A DNA stretch of 64,000 nucleotides from assembly GCA_008273105.1 (NCBI GenBank), contig GCA_008273105.1_4080.1; one strand, 5' to 3'. A model generated the notes under the pieces. The model did not search any database. It was not told where the DNA came from and saw only the letters and a program-made list of their open reading frames with translations. This stretch comes from a phage. The translations under genes were made by a program, and so were the position numbers. Below are positions 9,692-19,433 of this stretch, one piece after another; the stretch's first letter is position 1; the number at the start of each line of letters is the position of its first letter.

Positions 9692-9845
9692 AATATGTCC
9701 TCTGTACAGCGTAGGTGTACTGTGAACTCAGCACCACTAATAGGTAATCTATATTGTAAGCACGATTTCCTCGTTGACTAGCACGGCTGGAATAAAGAAT
9801 ATTATCCACATATGTATTGAACTGATCTTCAAATAACTCTTTCAT
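9684..9845 (-). CDS. hypothetical small protein (53 aa, below ORF-track cutoff)
   Basis: Manual translation MKELFEDQFNTYVDN...; stop overlaps next ATG (ATGAATAA). Confidence 0.35.
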   Translation of the reverse strand: MKELFEDQFNTYVDNILYSSRASQRGNRAYNIDYLLVVLSSQYTYAVQRTYYE

Positions 9846-9873
9846 CAGCATTATACCATCACATAATCATACA

Positions 9874-10425
9874 TCATACATTAACAACTTTATCGATGTA
9901 ATCTTCTAACATATCAATATATCTGGTATTGGTTCTAACTAAAAGGTATGCAAATCCAGAGAACTCCTGTGTATAATGCTTTACAGCGTACATACAACGA
10001 AGCTTATCATTGTCATACATTGTACTGTACTGAAACAAACTCTCGTCTGATAGCTCTAATAACGCTTGGGCTTCACTTCTCGTGAACTTCATAGGGTCAT
10101 GTACTGCATCACAAAAACAAACCTGTGTCTCGCTATTGAAACCCTGTGATAGATATATACCTTCACACTCTGAACGCACCGATACTGCATTATAACTATG
10201 TGTTGCCCCCATCATATCTGAACTCAAAACTAAAATCAACCCATTTTTATTTTTAATCAACAAATCTGACTTAAGGGATTTGATCTCCGTATGGGAAATA
10301 TCACCAAATCTTCCTGGGACTTCAAACTTATCAACGTTGTATACAATCTTTTGTACTTGCTCTTTTAAACGCTTAATTGCACTTCTGTCTTTTTCTAATG
10401 TATCTAATAAACTCATTGAACTCAT
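9874..10425 (-). CDS. family-A small protein
   Basis: Motif SDESLFQYSTMYD; start set at MSSMSLL preceded by AAGGAAAG. Confidence 0.5.
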   Translation of the reverse strand: MSSMSLLDTLEKDRSAIKRLKEQVQKIVYNVDKFEVPGRFGDISHTEIKSLKSDLLIKNKNGLILVLSSDMMGATHSYNAVSVRSECEGIYLSQGFNSETQVCFCDAVHDPMKFTRSEAQALLELSDESLFQYSTMYDNDKLRCMYAVKHYTQEFSGFAYLLVRTNTRYIDMLEDYIDKVVNV

Positions 10426-10435
10426 TGTACTTTCC

Positions 10436-10780
10436 TTACATATTTGTACCGAACAAAACGGAACTTTGAATGCCATTAATCGACACTTCATGTACATATA
10501 TATTTTGTCTGAACAAAGGAACTAATTGAACTAAACTCGTTTGCATAATAATATGCATATGTACATTGTCATATGCCGTTTCGTATTGGAATCGTGCAGC
10601 TTCATCTTCTATGAAATTCGGAACTTGGACTGGATTCTCAAAATTTGTCCTTGTACTGAACTGTACATCATTGTCCTGTACCTTAATACCATATGAATTA
10701 TCATTGTTATCAACTACATCAAATTCAATTAAACTACCATCTTTACTGACGTTTACTATATAAACCGAAAATCGACTCAT
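10436..10780 (-). CDS. family-A small protein (divergent)
   Basis: ORF 114 aa; motif EDEAARFQYETAYD. Confidence 0.5.
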   Translation of the reverse strand: MSRFSVYIVNVSKDGSLIEFDVVDNNDNSYGIKVQDNDVQFSTRTNFENPVQVPNFIEDEAARFQYETAYDNVHMHIIMQTSLVQLVPLFRQNIYVHEVSINGIQSSVLFGTNM

Positions 10781-11295
10781 AAACCTATTTCCTCTAAATC
10801 TTTGACAAATGTATCATAATCCGATAATGACAAAAATATGTCTGTACTGATGTTTTGACGTAATGTATTAAACAAATTATGTACCTGTAATAAATCAGGT
10901 GCATAAATCAGGGATTGCTGGAAATACGATTCTTCTGTATCTAATATATCCCTGCACTCAATTTCACGAACTCGTTGGTATATTGAATTTAATAATACAT
11001 TTTCATCTTTGAGCATTGGAAGGTATCTGATGTACATGTGCTCCATCAACTCATCCTGGATTGAACCCCTGAACTGCAACACGTATTCAAAACACATCAC
11101 TACATCTTGTAGGTAATTGGCACTGTAATTATTGCTGTAAACAATCTTATGACTTCTGAACTCATCATCATCATTTCTGAACCAATTGTCACCCACTTTG
11201 GTGTACTTATGACTAAGCTTCCCATCCTCCAACGCTCGAATGAACTTCATAATGTTAATTGCAAAATCATATGAATGATGCTTGTGTTGATGCAT
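10777..11295 (-). CDS. family-A small protein
   Basis: ORF 172 aa; motif DTEESYFQQSLIY. Confidence 0.55.
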   Translation of the reverse strand: MHQHKHHSYDFAINIMKFIRALEDGKLSHKYTKVGDNWFRNDDDEFRSHKIVYSNNYSANYLQDVVMCFEYVLQFRGSIQDELMEHMYIRYLPMLKDENVLLNSIYQRVREIECRDILDTEESYFQQSLIYAPDLLQVHNLFNTLRQNISTDIFLSLSDYDTFVKDLEEIGL

Positions 11296-11303
11296 TTTTT
11301 ACC

Positions 11304-11498
11304 TCAATTCTGTCCGAAAAAATAACCAAAATGTTTAAAGCAAGAAAGCATTACTATGTTCATCACTCTATCATCAAATTCATCTTGTGTTTCTGCACAT
11401 AATGTTTCACAGATATTCAAATGTAATAATTCAAGCTGGAAACTGTCGGTGAACCAATCAAACTTACGGTATTTTTGTTTAACATCAACTGTAAGCAT
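11304..11498 (-). CDS. hypothetical protein
   Basis: ORF 64 aa. Confidence 0.4.
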   Translation of the reverse strand: MLTVDVKQKYRKFDWFTDSFQLELLHLNICETLCAETQDEFDDRVMNIVMLSCFKHFGYFFGQN

Positions 11499-11499
11499 A

Positions 11500-12123
11500 C
11501 TATATATCCAACCCTTTTACAACATCTACGAAATGTTCAAACACTTCTTTTGAAAAATAACCACCTTCACAAAAAAGCATACTAAACGGTGGCAGCATGT
11601 CCGATAACTCTTTAGCTAAATTGATTTCTGCTCTTAACTCTTGAACATCAATGATATCATGTACTAAAGATAATTGAAACATGAATGCATCTACATCTTC
11701 ATTCATTTCTGAATTGTAATATAACTCTTCAGGGAATTTGTCGGTTTCGTAATAATAAAAAACTTTATTGTTGAACACACCACTAATAGGAACATCATTT
11801 TCATCTTTCTTTGAAATGTTTGTTTCCCATGACTCTATATTATTAGGAACAAAAAAATCATAGGCTGATTTTGAACCCTGTACTGAATCCAACTTTATTC
11901 CATAATATTCCGTATCCATGTATTTCTGCTGTAATGTAATACCACGTGTACTGACATTCACTTGGAATATATCATCTTTATCTGGAACACTAAATGGAAT
12001 ACATAACACTGAATTCTCAGGGTATTTGGCAATGAATGCATCCAGCACTTTATTAAGCACCGGAATGGCAATTTTACTGTACTGCATCAAATCATACATT
12101 TTAATTCTGGTCATATCATTCAC
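11500..12123 (-). CDS. family-A protein
   Basis: ORF 207 aa; motif EDVDAFMFQLSLVHD. Confidence 0.55.
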   Translation of the reverse strand: MNDMTRIKMYDLMQYSKIAIPVLNKVLDAFIAKYPENSVLCIPFSVPDKDDIFQVNVSTRGITLQQKYMDTEYYGIKLDSVQGSKSAYDFFVPNNIESWETNISKKDENDVPISGVFNNKVFYYYETDKFPEELYYNSEMNEDVDAFMFQLSLVHDIIDVQELRAEINLAKELSDMLPPFSMLFCEGGYFSKEVFEHFVDVVKGLDI

Positions 12124-12655
12124 CTGTGTATGTTTTCACCCTTAGCGATTCAAAATCCCATACATCACTGATTGTACCATTGTGCCTGTAATCATAATAT
12201 TCTACTAATACATTATACAATAACTTCAACGATACAAATTCATGATTCCACGGAGCTTTATTCTCATGAACACATTTGGTGATATAAGGTATAATATATA
12301 AACTAAACAACACTAATGGTGAATGTATACATTGCATTTGAAAATATTCTTCTTCTTGCATACAATGCTCAGGAATAATCAATTCCGTATGTGACCCTAA
12401 GCTATACGAACCTGCTGTGTATTTTTTCGTATCACATGCGTACCATATTGTACTATCCGAAATAAATGGAATGATACCATTATTGTTTGCAATGTACATC
12501 ATATGGTAAGAGCGATTTGTCTTGTTAAATATCTCGATACTTTCGATATTACTACAAATCATGTATTCAAGGCAATCAATGATCTTATCTTTAAATGTAC
12601 CAATTTCATTGAATGACATTGCTTTCTGTACTTTTGATACTGTTGTACTGCTCAT
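12116..12655 (-). CDS. family-A protein (divergent)
   Basis: ORF 179 aa; motif QEEEYFQMQCIH. Confidence 0.5.
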   Translation of the reverse strand: MSSTTVSKVQKAMSFNEIGTFKDKIIDCLEYMICSNIESIEIFNKTNRSYHMMYIANNNGIIPFISDSTIWYACDTKKYTAGSYSLGSHTELIIPEHCMQEEEYFQMQCIHSPLVLFSLYIIPYITKCVHENKAPWNHEFVSLKLLYNVLVEYYDYRHNGTISDVWDFESLRVKTYTGE

Positions 12656-13326
12656 ATGTTATCCTTAAAAAAATCCAAATACTCTTCATTGAAAGCATAT
12701 GTATCATCTTTTTTGTTATGCACCACATAATCATAAAGAGCTATGAATGCAGGGATTATGATCTTACATGATTTATTATTGTATTTGTGGTACTCCAAAT
12801 CAACGGTGTTCAATTTAGCAATAAGCATAGCAACAAAGATATCTTCATGGCGATGTACTGTACTGTACTGAAAATACTCATCCTCTCCAATATCTGGATG
12901 ATATAACGGTATAACCAAATTATTACGAATTGACATCTTATATTTTTGTAATGCAGCTAAATGTATGAACCACAATCTATCTTCATTGAAATATGGAAAA
13001 ATAATTTTGTCTGTGCTAATAAAAATTTCTTCATTTCGATTATTTGTCACAAGAGGTGCATACATTTTAATTTTTGCAGATCTAATAATTAAATTAAAAA
13101 TATAATGAATCTTATGAACTGCACTTGATGCATCTTCGTATGTACTTGGGATTATGAAACTCACTATATGTTCTCCTTTAAAATGATTACACATGATAAC
13201 AGCTTTGCACTTCTTTGTCAATACCAAAACGAAAAAAGCCCATATCTTACGATACAGGCGTGCTGGGCATGTTGATTTGAATTTCATTGTACAAATCATC
13301 AATATATAGACATGAAAAAAACACAC
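12652..13326 (-). CDS. family-A protein
   Basis: ORF 224 aa; motif GEDEYFQYSTVH; start probably internal (overlap with upstream gene). Confidence 0.5.
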   Translation of the reverse strand: MCFFHVYILMICTMKFKSTCPARLYRKIWAFFVLVLTKKCKAVIMCNHFKGEHIVSFIIPSTYEDASSAVHKIHYIFNLIIRSAKIKMYAPLVTNNRNEEIFISTDKIIFPYFNEDRLWFIHLAALQKYKMSIRNNLVIPLYHPDIGEDEYFQYSTVHRHEDIFVAMLIAKLNTVDLEYHKYNNKSCKIIIPAFIALYDYVVHNKKDDTYAFNEEYLDFFKDNI

Positions 13327-13753
13327 TATCTTGTACTATATTGTTGTGATAAAGCATTTTAAATACTACATAAAAAAATAAATCAATATCATCGTGGACT
13401 AAATTCTGCTGGAACCACCACTCGTCTGTTAAATCTTGTGCATTAAAATCATCAGGAACTTCAATGAACGACATATCACAATCTTCTTTGTACTCAAACC
13501 ACATGTCGTCATTCGGATAACGTTCATGCTTCTCTGGGTAACAATTGCTGGGATTAAATGTTAAAATATTAAACCCCGTAGAGCAACGTTCTTTATTTAA
13601 AAATGTATTATTCCATACCTGATATTTTTCACCAACATCAAGCTCTTCTGTTACTGATTTTATTGCACATAATGTACTGTATATTGTTTCTATCTTGTGA
13701 ACATATTTAAATGCAGCATCTAAGCTGAACTCTAAATCATACATGTACTGCAT
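13247..13753 (-). CDS. family-A protein
   Basis: ORF 168 aa; motif TDEWWFQQNLVHD. Confidence 0.55.
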   Translation of the reverse strand: MQYMYDLEFSLDAAFKYVHKIETIYSTLCAIKSVTEELDVGEKYQVWNNTFLNKERCSTGFNILTFNPSNCYPEKHERYPNDDMWFEYKEDCDMSFIEVPDDFNAQDLTDEWWFQQNLVHDDIDLFFYVVFKMLYHNNIVQDSVFFSCLYIDDLYNEIQINMPSTPVS

Positions 13754-14073
13754 AAAATTACCTCAACTAAAGCAAGGACTGTATTGAATTCCACTATACT
13801 TGTAATTCCTTGAAGGTACATGTACTTTGCTACTACATATTTCTGTACTAAATTATAATTTTTAAATTCCTCAAAATTGTAATTTAGAACAAAATCTGTA
13901 CTCAAAAATAACTTATGCATCTCTAATGCACTTTGATAATACGCGTACAACTCACTGATATCAATACTGGTTAAATTATATTGTTCATATCTATGATACG
14001 GGATGGCTTCAATTTCAATACTATAAAACCATTCTCTTAACTTATTAATATCAAATGTATTATTCAGCTTCAT
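13732..14073 (-). CDS. hypothetical protein
   Basis: ORF 113 aa. Confidence 0.45.
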   Translation of the reverse strand: MKLNNTFDINKLREWFYSIEIEAIPYHRYEQYNLTSIDISELYAYYQSALEMHKLFLSTDFVLNYNFEEFKNYNLVQKYVVAKYMYLQGITSIVEFNTVLALVEVILCSTCMI

Positions 14074-14626
14074 AACTCAATACCTCCATTAAACACTCAT
14101 ACACACCATCAATCGCATAAGCACAAAAATTGAAATTAATTTTGTGATTCTTGTGTAATGGACTATTGTGTACTGTACTCATTATGACATTATAAAATAA
14201 CAAACGCACTGGTACAAGCATTGAACCTTGGAAAAATTCTTCCTCTGATTTATATGTATTGTACTCTATTGTTTTGTTCGTTTCTTTATCATATGTTACC
14301 ATTACTAATGGGGCATTTTTATTATACCATGCGTACTCTAAATCATTCTTTCCAATAACAGCACCAGGTGCGAAATCCAAAAGACCAATAACACTACGGG
14401 AATTTGGGGTATCAGGTGTATTGAATCGTTTATCAAAATGACTCGTGCACGCAATATATGTATTGTACTTCGATGGAATAATACCAATACATTTGTGGAA
14501 ATGACGCTTGTGATATTTCTGGGCATTATATAAGGCTGCAACAATACAAGCTAACTTTTGTCCCATAAGGATTGCATTAGCGTAGGTGTACTGAATTTCA
14601 TTGCTGGTACGGTACTTCGAGGTCAT
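14060..14626 (-). CDS. family-A protein
   Basis: ORF 188 aa; motif SEEEFFQGSMLV. Confidence 0.55.
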   Translation of the reverse strand: MTSKYRTSNEIQYTYANAILMGQKLACIVAALYNAQKYHKRHFHKCIGIIPSKYNTYIACTSHFDKRFNTPDTPNSRSVIGLLDFAPGAVIGKNDLEYAWYNKNAPLVMVTYDKETNKTIEYNTYKSEEEFFQGSMLVPVRLLFYNVIMSTVHNSPLHKNHKINFNFCAYAIDGVYECLMEVLSYEAE

Positions 14627-14909
14627 AATATTTCCTTTGCCATATCATGGGCTTAAAATCAATAACAGCTTTCTGTATCTTTTTTAATAATAAGACATCA
14701 TAACCACCCGTGTCAATCACTAATTGCTGTTGGAACAATTCTTCATCGGATAATGTATTGAAATCTACAAAATAATCTGTAACTATCGAATCATTTAAAT
14801 GTGCCATGTACCAACCTGAACTTCTTGAATAAATCAAATTCCACCCATCGTCATCATCTTCTAATTCAACATAAATCATATCTGGGGTATACATCATTTT
14901 ATACTTCAT
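14598..14909 (-). CDS. family-A small protein
   Basis: ORF 103 aa; motif SDEELFQQQLVID. Confidence 0.55.
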   Translation of the reverse strand: MKYKMMYTPDMIYVELEDDDDGWNLIYSRSSGWYMAHLNDSIVTDYFVDFNTLSDEELFQQQLVIDTGGYDVLLLKKIQKAVIDFKPMIWQRKYYDLEVPYQQ

Positions 14910-15447
14910 AACTATATCCTTGCATTAATAAATCATAAACTACATGGACTAAATTTAATTGAATATAAAATTTTAAACCTTTAATTAATGGATTCAAATG
15001 CATTGTACTGAATAACATTAGATACATCATCTCATGCGGTTTTGTGATTAATGATTGTTGGAATACGCCAGCTTCATCATAAGGGTCTATGAACTGAAAT
15101 TTGTCTTCATCATAATTTGTATTGGAATGCTGATATATAAAATAATCATCATTGGTATTGTACCACAAATACCCTTCGAATCCTGTACTAACACCTTTGG
15201 TCAATGGGGATGCTGATACTGGATTTGAACTGATTAATGCACCTACATCAACAATCCCCGTTGTATCATATTCGATTTCAACATCAATATCAATGTATTT
15301 CCTTGCGATATCTGCGTTTATGGACAAATATAAACTACCACCTGTCCTCTGACTCAGGATTCCATCTATATGCGATATAGGATGGTTGTTATTGAGGATA
15401 AGCATTATTGTACTTATCTTGTGTGCTAATAACTCTATCTCATTCAT
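14899..15447 (-). CDS. family-A protein
   Basis: ORF 182 aa; motif DEAGVFQQSLIT. Confidence 0.5.
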   Translation of the reverse strand: MNEIELLAHKISTIMLILNNNHPISHIDGILSQRTGGSLYLSINADIARKYIDIDVEIEYDTTGIVDVGALISSNPVSASPLTKGVSTGFEGYLWYNTNDDYFIYQHSNTNYDEDKFQFIDPYDEAGVFQQSLITKPHEMMYLMLFSTMHLNPLIKGLKFYIQLNLVHVVYDLLMQGYSYEV

Positions 15448-15647
15448 AATTTACCTATCGATGGATACCTAGGATTTGTAGGATGTAAAATCCTGTCCTG
15501 TACTGAAAGGTGCTCAAATGTAATTAAACTCAAATAATAATCGTAATTATCAATACCACCCTTCAAATGTATATTGTAATACATCTTAATACTATCTAAT
15601 AATGAATCCTGTAATGCATTTAATGTTATCGTATTAATCTTTTGCAT
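15444..15647 (-). CDS. hypothetical protein
   Basis: ORF 67 aa. Confidence 0.45.
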   Translation of the reverse strand: MQKINTITLNALQDSLLDSIKMYYNIHLKGGIDNYDYYLSLITFEHLSVQDRILHPTNPRYPSIGKL

Positions 15648-15810
15648 TAATGTTCTTCTCTTAAAAATCGTTTGATAGCATAATCTAAATAAAATTCATA
15701 ACACATGCTATCTCTGTTCTTTATCCATATTTTGTAATCGGATTTTATATTACGCAACAAATAATTTGTATTAATTGTGTAATAATCTAATCGCCCTAAT
15801 CTTTCCATTT
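15646..15810 (-). CDS. hypothetical small protein (54 aa, below ORF-track cutoff)
   Basis: Manual translation MERLGRLDYYTINTNYLLRN...; TAATG overlap with downstream gene start. Confidence 0.4.
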
Positions 15811-16185
15811 AATAGGATACTCCTTTCCTTGTACTATGTACGACAAAATCCATCCGTAATGAATAGGATGATTTTTGTCTGAATCAGGAATAAAATATAA
15901 AGCTGTACTTGGATTGTGACTGAATAAATCTTTATTGTCAAATGTAAAATGATCTAATTTTATTATACGCGTTGATAAAGAACGTAATACATTTTTAACA
16001 CTGAACTCTGTTCCTTTGTATTTTTCCGATAATTCAAATAATGCATCTGTAATTAAATCACTGAACTCTTGAATTACAAAATTCTGATAAAATGCATTAA
16101 TCTCTTTAAACTCTGTATACATTTCACTTCTTGTATTCAAAAGGAATATTACTTGTTTAAGATCCTGTACTATTGTTGGGTTCAT
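15796..16185 (-). CDS. hypothetical protein
   Basis: ORF 129 aa. Confidence 0.5.
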   Translation of the reverse strand: MNPTIVQDLKQVIFLLNTRSEMYTEFKEINAFYQNFVIQEFSDLITDALFELSEKYKGTEFSVKNVLRSLSTRIIKLDHFTFDNKDLFSHNPSTALYFIPDSDKNHPIHYGWILSYIVQGKEYPIKWKD

Positions 16186-16423
16186 ATTTGTTTATCTCAT
16201 TATGTACCTTAAGCATCAAAATTTGCATATGAATTTTTTGTTCAAGGTGCTTGATAAATTTCTGTGCCATTTCTTCTTGTTCCGATGTACCAAGATAAAA
16301 TAACAGATTAAATTCTGATAATCGCAAAGAAAAATCTTCATCACCACCCTTTAAACAAAAATCCCTGTACTTCGATGCGTACAAATATTGGTTTACTTTT
16401 TTATAATACCCTGTGTTTTGCAT
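16157..16423 (-). CDS. family-B small protein
   Basis: ORF 88 aa; motif YLGTSEQEEMA. Confidence 0.55.
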   Translation of the reverse strand: MQNTGYYKKVNQYLYASKYRDFCLKGGDEDFSLRLSEFNLLFYLGTSEQEEMAQKFIKHLEQKIHMQILMLKVHNEINKYEPNNSTGS

Positions 16424-16608
16424 ACGATCTCCGTTCGCAATGAACTTATATAATAATGAATGTATTGTTCCTGTGAACGTGTTCCAAGAAAAATAAACAT
16501 ATCAAACTCTGTTCTTTTTAAATTCAATTCATCTTTTGTTAAACTAGTACTGAATTCCCTGTACTTTTGGGTCTTCCATTCTTGATTAATTGTCTTGTAC
16601 ATTGACAT
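16393..16608 (-). CDS. family-B small protein
   Basis: ORF 71 aa; motif FLGTRSQEQYI. Confidence 0.55.
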   Translation of the reverse strand: MSMYKTINQEWKTQKYREFSTSLTKDELNLKRTEFDMFIFLGTRSQEQYIHYYISSLRTEIVCKTQGIIKK

Positions 16609-16912
16609 ATATGGTTCTTCCTTGTGTGCCTTGTATTAGCCTATCAAACACATCGAGCATCACTTTTTGAATATTAATTAGTACTGGCATCGTGCAAATA
16701 TCAATGTCGTATACTAAGCTGTACTGGAATAATTCATCTTCCTGCATTTGTACTAAATTAGGTAAAGGATAATTGTCTGCCTCTTCATCCTGGTACTTGA
16801 AATGCATAACACCATCCTTTTTGTACAAAAGAATGTCAATATCACCTAACTCTTCTGCATAACCAAAAATACATATACTCGATGTTTTTGCTATATTAAA
16901 TTTCATCTCCAC
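16586..16912 (-). CDS. family-A small protein
   Basis: ORF 108 aa; motif QEDELFQYSLVYD. Confidence 0.55.
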   Translation of the reverse strand: MEMKFNIAKTSSICIFGYAEELGDIDILLYKKDGVMHFKYQDEEADNYPLPNLVQMQEDELFQYSLVYDIDICTMPVLINIQKVMLDVFDRLIQGTQGRTIYVNVQDN

Positions 16913-17148
16913 CTCTCTCCGTCAGCACAAGAGTACTGGTACGTTGTCGTTAGGGTAGGGACCATGTTTGTAATGGGCATGTTGTTAACAATAACCGTAA
17001 CAGGCATAAGAATCGTCTCTTCTCTACTCTGTCCTGTCCTTGTGCAATTCATCTTCTGCATTTCATCTGAATCCATGAAATACAATACAAATGGTGCAAT
17101 CCCAAGAACAATACACAAAACGATAAGGAAATTTAAAAAATTTAACAT
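16903..17148 (-). CDS. hypothetical small membrane protein
   Basis: ORF 81 aa with hydrophobic N-terminus (LNFLNFLIVLCIVLGIAPFVLYF); sigma70-like promoter directly upstream. Confidence 0.45.
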   Translation of the reverse strand: MLNFLNFLIVLCIVLGIAPFVLYFMDSDEMQKMNCTRTGQSREETILMPVTVIVNNMPITNMVPTLTTTYQYSCADGERWR

Positions 17149-17177
17149 AATTTTTACCCTATGATTAACGTTAGTGT

Positions 17178-17206
17178 ACTATATCAGTAATGAAAAGTAC
17201 TGTCAA
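17178..17206 (-). promoter_or_regulatory. sigma70-type promoter (TTGACA-N17-TATAGT)
   Basis: Minus-strand TTGACA gtacttttcattactga TATAGT upstream of 16903..17148. Confidence 0.45.
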
Positions 17207-17207
17207 G

Positions 17208-17612
17208 CTAGTATTGCACTGTTCTAATGAAAGTACCTGAACTCATGGATTTAAGCTTATGAACCTCTTCCTGCATACCCTTGATTAACCCTAAAGGTAT
17301 AGGTACATCATGTACTAAGCTGTACTGAAAGTATTCTTCTTCAGATAAAGTACTAACATCTGGAACGCCAATTTTAGTTATATAATCTTGATGTGTTGAC
17401 CAATAAATTATATCTTCAGTAGAATTGTACTCCCCATATACTGAACAGTATTGATGAATATCTTTCCTGTACCCTTGAGCAATAAAGAACTTATCTACTG
17501 CATTACCAGCATTAATAGAATTCACTTCGATTGTCACAGTACTTGAGCTTGTATAACTCTTAGTATTATCAGTACTTTTAATACTCAACTGTGTGTTCTT
17601 CATAATCACCAT
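17208..17612 (-). CDS. family-A small protein
   Basis: ORF 134 aa; motif SEEEYFQYSLVHD. Confidence 0.55.
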   Translation of the reverse strand: MVIMKNTQLSIKSTDNTKSYTSSSTVTIEVNSINAGNAVDKFFIAQGYRKDIHQYCSVYGEYNSTEDIIYWSTHQDYITKIGVPDVSTLSEEEYFQYSLVHDVPIPLGLIKGMQEEVHKLKSMSSGTFIRTVQY

Positions 17613-17922
17613 TAGGCTCCTGTTTAGATTCTTTCATTAGTACTATCATCTTATGTACTAATGGCATAGGAAACTCTAAATCCCATACTAATGATTCCTG
17701 AAAGTATTCCTCTGGTGATAAAGTACTTAAATCTTTAATATCAACGTGCTTGTATATTTTATTTTCGTAATTAACAAATGATATATATAAATCACTAACA
17801 TAAGAATCATAGGTAATTGTGAATGGCTTACCCTTGTAATCCATTACATCTCTACATAGACTACTTTTGATATATGTATGTTCAAATGATTTATATACCT
17901 TGAGTTGTATATTAGTTTTCAT
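17578..17922 (-). CDS. family-A small protein
   Basis: ORF 114 aa; motif SPEEYFQESLVWD. Confidence 0.55.
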   Translation of the reverse strand: MKTNIQLKVYKSFEHTYIKSSLCRDVMDYKGKPFTITYDSYVSDLYISFVNYENKIYKHVDIKDLSTLSPEEYFQESLVWDLEFPMPLVHKMIVLMKESKQEPNGDYEEHTVEY

Positions 17923-18187
17923 ATTTCTCTTTATTAGCTTGTTTGGTTTTATAGTGAATTAAATCTATTAATGTAATCAAGTACAACGTCAAATAGTACT
18001 CTTGTTGATCTGTACCTAATGATACAAAGAACTTGTGCTCATAGATTAAAACCTGTTTCTCTTCAAATGGACATTTAATCCTCTGTATAGGCTTAAGTAA
18101 ATGATAGTACTTATTAAATCTATGATACATTTCTAGTTCTGTCAGTACTTTCATATTAAACACATACTCCATTAGCTGTAGCATCAC
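17912..18187 (-). CDS. family-B small protein
   Basis: ORF 91 aa; motif VSLGTDQQEYY. Confidence 0.55.
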   Translation of the reverse strand: MMLQLMEYVFNMKVLTELEMYHRFNKYYHLLKPIQRIKCPFEEKQVLIYEHKFFVSLGTDQQEYYLTLYLITLIDLIHYKTKQANKEKYEN

Positions 18188-18377
18188 GTAAAGCTGTCAA
18201 ATACTTCTGTACGGCTTGCTCTTGCTTATTTGTACCTAAAAGTATATACATCCATAATTCACTGTAATGTACATCTTGTGTATAAGGGTCATTGTAACTT
18301 TTTGATAATATAGCATCAAATTCAGATGCATGAACCCTTGTGAACTTAAGAATATCTTGTTGTGTTATGATTCTCAT
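18156..18377 (-). CDS. family-B small protein
   Basis: ORF 73 aa; motif LLGTNKQEQAV. Confidence 0.55.
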   Translation of the reverse strand: MRIITQQDILKFTRVHASEFDAILSKSYNDPYTQDVHYSELWMYILLGTNKQEQAVQKYLTALRDATANGVCV

Positions 18378-18589
18378 ATCTTTTCCTGTACTATCTGTAT
18401 AAGAATCCCTATGTGTGAATTAACAGTTCTCTCTTGGTGCTGTGTTCCTAAGAGTGTCAGTACTATCATATCTGAACGCAAAAGATTTTTTTCAAGTTCA
18501 CTTATATCAGTTCTTGAATCAAGTGCCATATATTTGTGATTATTCTTCCTGAATAGTGCCAAGTACTCTTGGTTTGATATTATCTTCAT
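18374..18589 (-). CDS. family-B small protein
   Basis: ORF 71 aa; motif LLGTQHQERTV. Confidence 0.55.
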   Translation of the reverse strand: MKIISNQEYLALFRKNNHKYMALDSRTDISELEKNLLRSDMIVLTLLGTQHQERTVNSHIGILIQIVQEKI

Positions 18590-18801
18590 AGTTTACTTTT
18601 AATTTCCATTAAAAGTGCTCTAATATGCTCATTGACAAATCGCTCTTGGGAATCTGTGTCTAGGGTGAGAAGCATTCTTAAATCGGAACCTCTGATGGTA
18701 TATTCTAAATCATTCTTTGATTCTCGCATAAGTTTCTGAAAGGATGAGAAGTGTAATCCCATGAGTTCAATGTATTCTGCTGTTCCTAGTGGTTTTGGCA
18801 T
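18586..18801 (-). CDS. family-B small protein
   Basis: ORF 71 aa; motif LTLDTDSQERFV. Confidence 0.55.
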   Translation of the reverse strand: MPKPLGTAEYIELMGLHFSSFQKLMRESKNDLEYTIRGSDLRMLLTLDTDSQERFVNEHIRALLMEIKSKL

Positions 18802-19019
18802 TTTAGTTCAATAGCTCGTTTAAGTGTATTAATATAATCTTTAATGTCGTGTTCTTGATAGTTCGTTCCAAGGGTAGCTAGAACATAGACTTCATTTCTC
18901 TTAATAATTTTATCCATATCTGGTATATCTGATGTGTTAATGACGAAGAGCTTCAAAAACAGTCCATTTATGATTGTTAGGTATTCTACATCGGTAATGA
19001 TTTTCATTTGCATTTGCAT
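18786..19019 (-). CDS. family-B small protein
   Basis: ORF 77 aa; motif ATLGTNYQEHDI. Confidence 0.55.
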   Translation of the reverse strand: MQMQMKIITDVEYLTIINGLFLKLFVINTSDIPDMDKIIKRNEVYVLATLGTNYQEHDIKDYINTLKRAIELKCQNH

Positions 19020-19225
19020 TTTCTCAGTACTGATTCTTTAAGTTCATTGATGTAGCACTCTACATATTCTTCTTGTAGGTTTGTTCCGATATGTAACAGT
19101 ACTCTTAAATCTGCTCTCAGTACTTCTTTGTCATCTTCATCTATATCAGACAGTGTTATGTTTAAGAATTTACTTGAACTCTCTATAAGTAATATTACTG
19201 AATCACCTTTGCTTAAAATTTTCAT
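19004..19225 (-). CDS. family-B small protein
   Basis: ORF 73 aa; motif HIGTNLQEEYV. Confidence 0.55.
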   Translation of the reverse strand: MKILSKGDSVILLIESSSKFLNITLSDIDEDDKEVLRADLRVLLHIGTNLQEEYVECYINELKESVLRKCKCK

Positions 19226-19433
19226 AATCTCTTTTTGCTTTCCTCGCCAAAAGGTACATATACGATTCTTCGTATTGTGCTTGGTAGTTTGTGTTTAAGA
19301 GTCGAAACAACTTCTGTTCTGCTAGAACGAGTTGCTTATCTTCATAACAACGATAGCGTATCAACTTTTTGTATTCGATGTTGATTACATCCATTACTAT
19401 AAGCCCATGTTCATCATCTGTCAAGTGTTTCAT
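19203..19433 (-). CDS. family-B small protein
   Basis: ORF 76 aa; motif LLNTNYQAQYE. Confidence 0.55.
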   Translation of the reverse strand: MKHLTDDEHGLIVMDVINIEYKKLIRYRCYEDKQLVLAEQKLFRLLNTNYQAQYEESYMYLLARKAKRDYENFKQR

